From: Paraspadella gotoi
Taxonomy: Eukaryota > Animalia > Chaetognatha
Direction: 5' to 3'
Assembly (NCBI GenBank): GCA_051294375.1
Contig: CM119264.1
Span: 19,599,590-19,663,589 of the forward strand
Length of the DNA: 64,000 nt
Positions 26,301 to 39,317 of the stretch are shown here, piece after piece; positions within the stretch are counted from its first letter, which is position 1, and every line of letters begins with the position of its first letter. The notes below the pieces were generated by a model, which was given only the letters and a program-made list of their open reading frames with translations, had not been told where the DNA came from and did no database searches. The position numbers and the translations under genes were made by a program.

Positions 26301-29045
26301 AACAATGTAGGATCTGCCTACGATAATTTAGCGGTAAGCAGCTAATCAGACATGATGAATCGTTCAATTTGTAATCATCAAACATTTTAAACAAATCATA
26401 AAAAATAAATCAAAATTTTTTTAATAAATCTATAAAAAAATGTTTCAATCAGTTGACCAATCAGTCAATGACAAATTATGATGTCCTTCCGTCCATCCGT
26501 CTGTCTATCCGTCCGACCTTAGCATTAAACTCCAATTACTCGTGATTGGATAGATGGATTTGAATGAAATTTTGTGTGTGGGTATGAAAGTGTGTAATTG
26601 AGCTGGATATAAAGTTGCGATGGAATCGTGTGAGTGCAAATGAGTTTAAATGGAAAAAAACACAAGTCACTTTTATTAAAATCTTTTTACTAATTTTAAC
26701 CCATAATTACTCTAATTAATCATAATTGGATGGATAGATTGAGATGAAATTATGTTTGTGGGTAGGAAAGTGTGTGATGAAGCTGGATAAAAAGTTTAAA
26801 TGGAATCGCGCTCGTGGAAATGAGTTGAAATGAAAAAAAACATAAGTTACATCTACTTGAATCCTTTTACTAATTTTAACCCATAATTACTCAAATTAAT
26901 CATAATTGGATAGATAGATTGAGATGAAATTTTGTGTGTGGGTAGGAAAGTTTGTGATTGAGCAGGACATAAAGTTTTGATGGAATCGAGGAATGGAAAT
27001 GAGTTAGCATGGAAAAAACCAAAGTCACGTTGACTTGAATTTTTATTATTTATGCTTATTCATAAATGTTTTAATTAATTATAGAGAAACAAGTTTGATC
27101 AAACAATGTCGGATCTGTCCACGATCATTAGCGGTAATTAATTAATTTATTAATTAAATTAATTAATTGTTTAACTAATTATTTAATTCAAAATGTTTGT
27201 TTTTAGATCTTTTCGTCACTGATCAGGGATCACGACAAAAGCAACGATGACGATGATGGCGACGATGACAATAATGCCAATAACGATTGACTTACTTGAT
27301 TAATTAATTAAATAATTAATTAATAAATAAATTGTTGATTAATTAATTAATAGATAAGTTGATTTATTTAATAATATATTGATTGATTAATTGACTGATT
27401 AATTTATTATTGATGAATTAATTTATTAATTAACTGATTAATTTTTTGATTAATTAATAATTCTTGCATTTACATTTAATTTTAAAAGAAAAAGAAGCAT
27501 AATCAATTAGTGAAACAGGTTTTTTGTTTTTTCCATTTAAACTCATTTCCACTCCAACGATTCCATCAAAACCAAATTTCCAGCTTAATCACACACTTAA
27601 AAAAATTCAAGTCAATTTCCCCATCCAGTCTCGAGTAATTGGCATTCAAATAGTGAAATATATTGTTTTTTCCAATTAAACTCATTTCCACTTGGACGAT
27701 TCCATTGAAACTTCATATCCAACTCAATCATACACTTTCCTACCCATACACAAAATTTTATTCCAATCCATCTATCCAATCACGAGTAATTGGAGTATAA
27801 TGCTAAAGGGGACGGACGGACAGACTGATAGACGGATGGACGGACACCTTTTTTTACATATTTTATCATAATTTGAGGTTCTGAGATGATCTAAGTGAAT
27901 GACCGACAAGATTGGGGGTGTGGACAGACGGACCGACAAAGTGAATTATAGAATCGGAATCTGCGATATGCAAATCGGACTAAAAATGATACAATTTTTT
28001 AAAAAATGATGCAAGTTAAAAAATTATGCAAGTTGAAAAAATGAATCGAGTTGGAAAAATCATTTGAGTTGAAAAAATGATGCAAATTGAAAAAATGATG
28101 CTAGTTGAAAAAATGATGCAAGTTTGAAGAATTATGCAATTTAATCAAATGATTTGAGTTAAAAAAATGGAGCATATTAAAAAAATTATGGGAGGTGAAA
28201 AAATGATGCAAATTAAAAAAATGATGCGAGTTGAAAAAATGATGCGAGTTGAAAAAATGATGCAAGTTGAAAAAATGATGCGAGTTGAAAAAATTATTTT
28301 AATTATTTTAATTATTTCTACCAGTTCAGTTTAATCCCTTGCAAGCGATTTACATGTATTGGCAAAGCCACTAGTTATGTATTGTACGATCTGTTATGAT
28401 CAGTTAAGATCACAAATTGAAAAAATTATCGTGATTTATCATCTGATTAGCTGATTGCCGCTTAATTATCGTAAGCAGATCCGACATTGTTTGCTCAAAC
28501 TTGTTTTTAAATCTTTTGGCGCGTCTGATTGACTGATTTTATTTTATGTTGATAAAAATCAATACAACAACAAAATAGATTGGAAGTCCCTGCTTAACCG
28601 AGTTTTTACCTATACTTAGGTCATCTGGTACCGCGAAGGAAGAGAAATAGAACTTTCGGACTTCTTTAAATTTTCTAGCGGCGATGGTCATTGCGAACTG
28701 AATATTAAACAAGCTCTCCTTCTTGAAGAGGGAACTTTTCACTGCAAGATTATAAACAAACACGGATATGCAATGACCAAAGCTCGTTTAAACGTCCTTC
28801 CAAAGGGGGACTCTGTTGCGCTGCCGCCTAGATTTATTTCACAAGCACCAAACGTCATTGGCTATGAGTCGCAAGTCTTAAGAATGACTGTTCAAGTAAG
28901 TTCGATACCAAGACTTTTTGTGGTTTTGAATATTTCATATGAAAAATATGTTTCTCCTACTCTCTCCCCCCCCTCTCTCTCTCTCACTCTCTCTCTCTCT
29001 CTCTTTCTCTTTCTCTCTCTCTCTCTGTCTCTCTCTGTCTCTCTC

Positions 29046-29134
<89 letters not shown>

Positions 29135-32100
29135 GTCTCTGTCTCACAAAAAAATTGACCTTTTATTCCCTTTTTGTCTCTCTTCCTTTCTTGACTATGA
29201 CTCAGTCACCGAATTGCTGCCCCATGTCAAGAAAAAAATATTGAGAAAAATATTTTTTATTTTCTTTGTTAGGTCTTGTCGGACACTCCTGTCAAAGTGA
29301 AGTGGTTTCGCAACAAGAAGCAATTAACCGAAGAGGGTGACAAATATCGATTTGACGAGGAAGGCGATTCTCAATCCCTTCTGATCACTGACGCAGTTCT
29401 TCGCGACACTGGAATGTATGAGGCAATTGCCGAAAACTCAAGAGGAATTACCAAAATAGTCGGAAAACTTACCGTCAAATGTAAGACAGTGGAAACATTC
29501 TATTCTCTGCAGACAAGCCGAAAAAAGAAGTTTTGAGTAAACTCTGTCGCGTCTGTAGGCGACACTTTACTCACTCAGCTAAAGAATGACTATTATTCCT
29601 TTTTAGTTGGCGCGATTTTGTTTGCTCAAACTTCTTTGTGAAAAAATAATTGATCATCATAAGTAATTTTAAAAAAAATTGTTTTTCACTTCAGCGAAAT
29701 TAAAAAAAGTAGCACAAAAAAAGCCAGAATTTCTCTTCAAGCCTCGAGCTATCAATAAAGGAAGCAACAAGAGGACGATGATATTTGAAGTTATCACGGA
29801 TGGAAACCCCGAACCTTTGTACAATTGGTATATGAACAATGAAGAGGTAAGACTCAAGTTTAGTTAAAGGGTCTTTTTAATCCAATTTTAAATGGCTCAA
29901 AAAACAGTCCGGATTCACAAAGTTGACCTGGCAATTTCAAAAAAGGGATCGCTTTAAACATTTATATCTCTTTAATATATTTTAATAAAAGGACATTTTG
30001 AAATTTCACTTCGTTTCCTTGAAAACGAATTGTTTTTAAACATTTACCCTAAAGGAATCTTGACTGTAAAGAGACAGTAATTATTGTTATGTGTTAGTAA
30101 CAGAACCGTTCAATATAAGCAGTCCCTGAGCTTCGGATCAGGCTGTAACACCATGTTACAAGCAGGTTAAGCGCCCCGTCCCTCTTAACTGCTAGGCGAC
30201 CACCGGGCTAGAACCCGGGACCTTTGGGTTGGGAGGAAAACGATTTGCTTCCGGCACCAATGGCCGCTGATGAACGGTTGGTGGCTTTTAGTCCACCATA
30301 ACTGTAACAGTTAATTAGGCTACAACTTTTTTTTATTTTTTATCGAGACAGACCGGGCGAAGCCAATTATACCGCGCTTTTTTCTCAATACAAAATCCCA
30401 AATTTATATCCGAAATTTATTTTAGAAAAAGTGAAGAATAACTTCCTTGACCTAGATTTCGTGGCCGTTGCGGGACAACGAGTAAACAATGTTGAGGAAC
30501 ATGACCTAATAACGCGTTTCGATGACAACGGAAAAGTTATGTGTATAAAAAAAATCAACATGACCCAATTTCACACGGCGGAAACGTTACGTATATAAAA
30601 AAAAAATCAAATTGACCTAGATCACGCCGCCGTTGCAAGGCAACAGATAACCGTTATAAATAAGAGTGACCTAATAATGCGTCTCGTTGGCGCGAAATCT
30701 CTGTCTCTCTCTCTATCTCTTTTTTTTTTTTAAAGTTTTTATTCACTTTTTTTCGCTTTTCTTGTGTGAATCAGCAGGGCACGAACACGAGTTCTTTGGA
30801 TTGGGAGGAGCTCGCGCTAACTCCGGGGCTACCGGACGAGTAAAGGGGCTGTTCAGTAGGGTGGAGTGATGAAAAGATTGAGCAATTGAACATTATTTTT
30901 TTGCTGCTTATGGATATATAATTAACAAATTTTAAATCCTTTTAATTTTTTTTTAGCATAACAGTATAATAAATTCAATTATTTATGTAATCCTTATAAA
31001 ATCATTAAATTTTAAGATAATTTTTTATTATTTTTAAAAGCAGATTTGGATTTGCCGTAAAACACTAAAAAACTTATAAAATATGTTATATGATACTTTA
31101 ATTTTTGGATTGCAAAAAATGACTTAAATGTTCTAACATATATAAGTTTCTATTATAAAGAATAAAAAAGTCATAATTTTTTCCCCCATTTTAAAAGCTG
31201 AAGATGACAGAATTTTTGATAACATGTTTTATATTTTTGATTTAACTTTTTATGAATAATCTGAATTTTTATTAAAATTATTTTTAAAATTTACTATTTT
31301 ATATGAATATTACTACAAATATAATATATTTTACTATTCTGTTCCTGAGATAATATGAAAAAAATATTTTTGTACTAATTAATCATTCATTCGTCATTCA
31401 TCTTGTTCGATCATTCAAATAAATATTTTGTTTTTGAGTGCTCCACTCTACTGTTCAGTAGGGTGAATTGAAAGTTTGGAATCAAAATTTAGCAATTATA
31501 TCTTGAAAACTATTATATTAGTGAATACTAATCTATAGTTATTTTTCTTTTTTTATAAATATAGTAGCCCAGTCAGCTTATTTTGTATGTAGTACTACCC
31601 TTATATAATGTCAAAATTTTAAAATGTTTTTCTTAAATTCTGAGAACAGATTCAGATTCTTTGTTAAAAGTTGTTAAAAGAAAATATAAATCTTTTTCAA
31701 AAATTATGTCATTAAGTAGGTTAAAATTATAAAAAATTATATTTTTAAGCTCAAAATTAAAAATCGGCATCTTAAATATAGTTTTTTAGATTTTTGACCA
31801 ACTTCATGAAAGAATTTTTAAAAAAGAATTATACTTTCATTATATTAACTTTTTGCAAAAAATTAAAATCCAATCTTAGAGGCAATTTGTCTAACATTTC
31901 ACAAATTATTTGACTCTGAAGAAGGCTTGAAATCAAAGCCGAAACATGTATGTTTCTCTGAAATAAAAATCGTTGTCAACATGAAACCAAATTGCCTCTA
32001 ATACCAAAAACAACAATTTAAAAATTTGTATTTTAAAATTTTAGCTAGTATCTACTTATTACTATATATAAATGTAGCTTACCCATTAATGTATGAAATT

Positions 32101-35100
32101 AAAAAATAAATTTACTAAAGTATTTTTAATGCTTTTTATTTTTACGTTTTATATGCTACATGTGATAATCCTTTCTTTTTCGTTGTTATTTGGTATTTAG
32201 AGGAAACAAAGTGTTTTTGAATTTGTTACAACGATTTATTTTTAATAAAGGGACATGTTTCGACTCTTTGGGTTTGAGTCTTCATCAGCATTTGAAATTC
32301 ACAAACTTTTCAGTTGTTTTCATTGACTTTGGAGAGAAAGAAGGAGAGAGAGATTGAGAGAGAGAGCTTCTAACAAAGAATTGAGTAAAGGACAGTGGTC
32401 AGATGTAAGGACAGGTGAAAGTGAGGGAAGGGAAGGAGAGTAAGTAAATGTGAAATTTGGTGAAAAATGAGAGAGAGAAAGAGAGAGAGAGATAAAAATT
32501 AATACATTTGGTAATGTACAACAGTGAAAAAAAAAATAAACTAAATAAATAACAAAGAATAATAAATAAATGTTTGTAAAAAGTTGGAGATTTGGAATAA
32601 TGAAAAATTGAAGAATTGAAATTTGAAATGGAAGAATAAGTTATGAGGGATAGATAAGATAATGGTAAGGGAAAAATAAGGTGAGAAAGAGCTCAAAATG
32701 AGCTGGCCCCCCCCTAAATTTTAATTTTTTACAATTTTATCATTTTCACATCACTCTACTGTTCAGCTTCTCTCTCTCTCTATTTTAATTATATGTCGCT
32801 CTCTCTCTCTCTTTTTTATCGGATCTGCTTTCAGCAGATCCCGACACTAATAATTCACTTTGTCGGTCCGTTGGTCCGCCCCCTCAATTCTTGTCGGGCA
32901 TTCACTTATATCATGTCAGTACATCGAATTATGAGAAATTATGCAAAAAAAAAACGATGTCGTCCGTCCATCCGTCCGTGCCCACCTTAGCAAAAAACAC
33001 CAATTACTTGATTGGATGGATGGATTGGAATGAAATTTTGTGTGTGGGTAGGGAAGTGTGTGATTGAGCTGGATATGAAGTTTCGATGGAATCGTCCGAG
33101 TGAAAATGAGTTTAAATGGAAAAAACAAAAAAATATATTTCACTATTTGAACACCAATTACTCATGAATGATGACTTGAAAATTTTGTATTTGTTAAAAA
33201 GTGTGTGATTAAGCTGGAAATCAAGTTTCAATGGAATCGTTTTTGTGTAAATGAGTTTAAATGGAAAAAACAAAGAACCTGTTTCACTATTTGATTAATA
33301 TTATGCTTCTTTTTCTTTTTATTTTAAATGTAAATGCAAGATATATTAATTAATCAAATAATTAATCAGTTAATTAATCAATTAGACAATTAATTAATCA
33401 ATTATTAATTAATCTGTCATTTAATCAATCAAAACATACATTTCGGATCAAGTTAATTAATTTATTGACTAATTAATTAATTAACCTGAATTAATTAATT
33501 ATTTAAGTACCGATAATGATCGAGGGCAGATCCGACATTGCTTGCTCAAACTTGTTTAATATGAAATTCTAATTTTTTTTTACGTTTTCATATTGTTTAT
33601 ACCAATTTCATTTAGTTGGCTGTTAAAAAAATTAAGGGAACTCGTACCTTTTATATTTATTCTATCCATGCTCTTGATTTTGAATCATTTTGTAAGATTT
33701 TTCCAACATCTTTTCTCAAGCTTCAACCTTCGGGAAGATTCAAGATTAGGACCTTTGGTAACCGCAGTCAACTAATCATATCGAAGATGAAATCAAGTGA
33801 TTCGGGACACTTCATTGTTAAAGCTTCAAATTTTATTGGAGCTAGCGCCAGCGAATTTTATTTATCCGTTCCAACTGAAGAAGCAGAAGCCGAGGAGGCT
33901 GAAGGTAGATTATGAATTATATGTTGCATATAGGAATCTACCCAGACTTATTTCATTTTTTTTTAATTTTTAGCGGAAGTCGCTGAAGCAGCTCTAACAG
34001 GCCCTGTTGTGGTGACCAATCTTAGAACAGCAGGCATGATCGTACCTGGGCGTGATTGTCGATTTGAGTGTGGGGTTGAACCAAATCCTCACAATGTTGT
34101 CCAATGGCTTTATAATGATAAAATGATGGAACCGTCTGACAGAATCAAGGTTTGAAAAACAAACTTGTGACAAAAACTTCATAAATATATATATTATATA
34201 CATGTACTATAAAATTAAGAAAATAATTTTTGTAAAGCTATACCCTGTCAAGTGGTATAATAAAATATTTTAATACATGATTATCTCGGTTTTAACAGAT
34301 GGATTTGAAAGAAGATGGTATAACTTACAGAATGATCATTTCGGAAATAAAGTCTACAGATTCTGGAGAATATACTTGCTTCATTACTAATGATGGTGGA
34401 AAGGCTGAATCTTCGCTGAAAATTGATGTTAGTTAAAATTCCTTTACTTTTAGTCTTGGCACTGTCATATTATAAAATTTCGGCTCCCTACTTAAGATCA
34501 TCTTTAGAGGCTTACGCTTTTGAGGTGTTTTATTCATATCAAATTATGATACATATGCATACAAACATATACATTAAGAGCGAAATGACAACAAATAATA
34601 AGCAATTTAGGGAGTAATGCTATTTTTTAACTATATACCTTAAAAACTAATTCTTCGTGTTGAGAAAATTGTCAATAAATCCCGTTTCCCTTTTGTGGAT
34701 GACGGTGTAAATGTCAGGGTACCCAAATGATTCCTTAAGTGTTCTAATACTTTGCGATCTGTTCAACCCAAAAATTTTACTTATACGATCATTTAAAGCT
34801 ACATTTAGTTTGCTAATTTCTTTGTATAAAAACTGTTTCACTTTGCATCCATATGTCAGCAGCGACAAGTAATTCATTGGGTGTTTTCAAAACATTAATA
34901 ATAAAATTAGAGGATATATAAAATTATATTATATCAGGCAGCGTCAATCATGTTTTGAATTGAGTGTGAGAGACAAGGACAAGGTCATCGGCATAGAATA
35001 TACAATATATAATTTAAAACTAAATTTATCAAATTATTTTAAGAGATCTTTTTTATATTCCATATGCTAAATTTTAATTTTATAAATTTTTATTCGTTGG

Positions 35101-38100
35101 ACATTGGGTAATTTAACAACTTTTTTCAGGTACAACTAAAGAAAATTGGAAAACGTGAATTGGAGTTTGAAACTGACCAAGGACCTGTGCTTATTACGCA
35201 GTTAAAACAACAAGCTATTAGAGAAGGAGACCCTGTAACATTTTCAGTACAATTTTCCGCCGCTCCTTCTCCTGATGTTACTTGGTATAGAGAAGGTCGA
35301 AAGATAGAAGCATCGAATGATTTTCAAGTAAGAACAATAAATAGTTTTGTTTGAGAATATTTTTGTAATAAAACAAAACTAATTATGAATATATGAAGTG
35401 TTTTAGAAAATAACGACAAATACTGGTTAATTAATTATATAGAAATAATAAAAAAATTGGCAACAGAATCTAAAAATCATATTATATTCATTCTATTATC
35501 CAAATAAACTGTACACTTAGTAATTACGATTTAATTTTATGGTTTGAAAATGGCAAAATATTTTTACTATATATTAAATAAAATTTTTTTTAACGGAGAG
35601 AGGGATGTTAGTGTTGTCTTCTGGAAATATAAGCAAGTGGAAAGTTCGTCACCAAGTTGAGGCATGACGCCTGATGTTTAGTTGGCAGAAAGTGCATCGC
35701 CAGTTTAAGGCATGTCGCCTGAAAGTGTTGATGTTGCTGAAGTCGGGCTCACCAATGAAGAGACAGTGATAATTGTTATGTGTTAATGACAGAACCGTTC
35801 AATATAAGCAGTCCCTGAGCTTCTGATCAGGCAGTAACACTGTGTTACAGGCGGGTTAAGCGCCCCGTCCCTCTTAAGTGCAAGGCGACCACCGGGCTAG
35901 AACCCGGGACCTTTGGGTTGGGAGGCAAATGACTTGCCTCCGGCACCAATGGCCGCTGATGAACGGTTAGCGGATTTTAGTCCACCAAATTACGATACAA
36001 GGTTAAAAATATTTTCTGTCCAAAGTTTCTAATTAGATATTAAACATCGTTCTTGTTGGGAAGTCATTTATTGAAATATCAAAATATGTTAATGAAATAT
36101 GTTTATTAAAATATCAAAATAAGTTATGCATTATTCATTAATCGAATATTAAAATGCATTATAACGTCGCATTTATTTTTCTACATTTGTTTTCTACTAT
36201 GTAAAAAATATAAAATGAACCATTATTAACCAACAACTTCTTTAATATTGATAAGAAATCATGGTCACTGACTATCCGCCAATCAATGAACAGTTATCGT
36301 TTTTATGATTTCGGAATGGCAGGGATCACTTGTGATGCCCAGGGTGCGGGGCGAGTGATACCGTCTCGCTTTGGCTTAGTCGGAGGCCGCTGGGATTTAA
36401 CCTGGAACGCGTTGTTTGGATGATGCGTTAAGCCTTGGCGACTTAATTCTTCCCCTTTATTGTATAGAATAAAAATGATTGTATAAATGTTATTTACTTT
36501 ATAGTATTTTTTGGTAATTTTACTTGCGAGTATCACTTTTCTTAGATTTTTCGATTTAATTTAATGGGTAATATTTTTTTTAAAAAGATTACCACAACGG
36601 CAACTTCATCCACACTTTTTATTACGGAATGTTTCATGCATGATTCTGGCTTACTTACTTGCAAAGTTGATAATAAATATGGATCTTGTTCAACAAAGGC
36701 TATGTTAGACGTCAAAGTTGAGAGAGAACCAGAAAATCCGCCAAAATGGATATCCCGTCCAAGGTGATCAAAAAAAAATATTTTTAAGAAGTTGCATGTA
36801 GTTAACACTTGTGTTTAAAGAAAAACAATCTACACAAAACGAATTTTGAAAATACAGTGTGACCCAATCGTACTGTAAGTTAACTTTTAACTTTTCGAGA
36901 CTACTGTGTCAAAGATAAGTTCTTACAATTTATGATACTATATTTTGAATTTAATTTCTAGAAAATTTTCCTTGCAAAACATTGCATTGAAATGAGTCTT
37001 AGTTTTCCACTTTTTTTAACTTTTAGAATAGTTTTTATGTTTTTAAATTAATTTTGTTTAAAAATTTATATATTGAAATATTTTAAAACATATAAATTAA
37101 GCGGTAATCTGCTAATCAGATGATAAATCACGATAATTCTTTCAATTTGTGATTCTAACTGATCATAACAGATCGTACCATACCAAACCTGTAGCTGCGC
37201 CAATACATGTAAATCGCTTGCAACTCGCATCATTTTTCAACTCTCATCATTTTTTATTTTTGCATCATTTTTTCAATTTGCATCATTTTTCAACTTGCAT
37301 CATTTTTTAACTTGCATTTTTTTTTAACTTGCATCATTTTTTAACTTGCATCATTTTTCAACTTGCATCATTTTTTAAAATTTGCATCATTTTTAAAATT
37401 TGCTTCATTTTTTTAACTTGCATAATTTTTTTAAGTTTATCATTTTTCAACTTGCATCATTTAACTCGCAATCAACCAATCAATCATTTTATCTGAGAGA
37501 GAAAGAGAAACTTAAAACAACTTCAAGTGAATGTTACTTTTTTTTATATTTCCGCTGGCAAGATTCCATCGAAACTTTATATCTTGCTAAATCACACACT
37601 TTCCTACCCACACACAAAATTTACTTTCAAACTATCCATCCAATTAGAATTAATTCGAGTTATCATGGGTTAAAATTAGTAAAAAGATTGAAGTAAATGT
37701 GACTTATGTTTTAAGCTCATTTCCACTCGCACGATTCCATCGAAACTTTATATCCAGCTCAATCACACACTTTCTTACGCACACACAAAATTTCATTCAA
37801 ATCCGACTATCCAATCACGACTAATTGGAGTTTTATTGATAAGGGGGGATGGACAGACGGACGGACGGACGGACATCATTTTTTTGGCATACTTTATCAT
37901 AATTTGATGTTCTGACATGACAGTGAGTGCCCGACAAGATTTAGGGGGGGACCGACGGACCGACAAAGTGGATTATAGAGTCGGGATCTGCTGAAAAGCA
38001 GAGCCGACTAAAAATATATTATTTTTAAAAAAATTAATATGCTAAAGAAAAACATCGATTTGGGAAACAGTGCTAATTTTATTTAGACCATGCATTCAAA

Positions 38101-39267
38101 CCATTTAGCTGGTTCATTATTCAAGGCCAGAGAAAAAAAAAATCTCTGGCCTTGAATAATGAACCAGCTAAATGGTTTGAATGCATGGTCTAAATAAAAT
38201 TAGCACTGTTTCCCAAATCGATGTTTTTCTTTATCAAACTACTCGGTGCATGAGATGACACTTAACAATAAATTAATATGCTATTATGAAAGCTATCACT
38301 GTCCTGCATCGAAGGAAACCATTTAAAAAAATATTTATTTGATCTTGTAAATTATGTTTGAATATTTATAAATCATAATTCATTTTGGCATTTTCTTTTA
38401 AAAAAGTATTGAAAGAAATTTTAGATACCTTCAATTTTTTAAATTAAAGTATCCTATAAAATGGTCGGATTTATCATATTAGATTAAAATTTTATCATCT
38501 GCTCTAGGAGCAGTAATCTTTTAATCTTTTATTAACGGAGCGTACCATTGGGAAACACGGTATTAGATACCCAGATTAGCTTTCCTTAACACTCATCATT
38601 TATTACATTACCAGTAATGAGGAAATAGTGCCAGTGGGCAAACCTGCGCGGTTTACCGCCCAAATTCATGCTTTCCCCCGGGCTGTTGTTACTTGGTATT
38701 TTAATGGAGAATTGATTGAAGTCACCAACCCTCACTATAAACAGTTTAATGAAGGAACTTATTATACGCTACTTTTACTTGATACGACGGAAGCCGATAC
38801 TGGAACGTATTCTCTTAAAGCTGAAAATAGAAATGGAACTCTAGAATCTCAACATAAGCTCATCTGCAAGGTAAAGTAATTATGTTTAAATTTTGTATTT
38901 TTTTTGGTCAAAATTTATTTTAGGTTAAAACGGGTAAAAACTTATTATAGGTATTAAAATATGCATATAGCTTTTGTACAAATAGAAAGAAATCGGTAAA
39001 ACTGATTATGATATCGACTTTAGAACATTTTCATCCCTTCTTACCTGCAACTGTCTGTCCATTTTTGTGAGTCGCTTTCTGCTTCAAATTCTATTATCCC
39101 AATTATTTTGAGAATATTTTAATACTAAGATTTTTTTATTATTTTATTTTAAAATAAATATCTATAGTAAATGTGGCAGTTTTATATTGTATTTACAATT
39201 TTATAACTTCAGCTAAGTTTTTAATTGAACATAAAAGCGTAAAATATAATTGTAAAACATTTTTTTT

Positions 39268-39317
<50 letters not shown>

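Larger units (their letters stand above)
30854..32761. mobile_element. Two tandem CAGTAG-TIR MITEs (30854-31453, 31456-32761) with TT duplications, inserted in an H2 copy
   Basis: ctgtt|cagtagg..ctactg|tt|cagtagg..ctactg|ttcagc; the empty site resembles 4741-4760. Confidence 0.7.

Noticed and set aside
27990-28295. CRISPR-like array
   Set aside because: Contiguous 18-bp minisatellite with no unique spacers, in a eukaryotic intron.
33616-33720. Upstream in-frame extension of exon 22
   Set aside because: It would insert 35 non-Ig residues in mid-domain; the acceptor at 33720 gives normal spacing.
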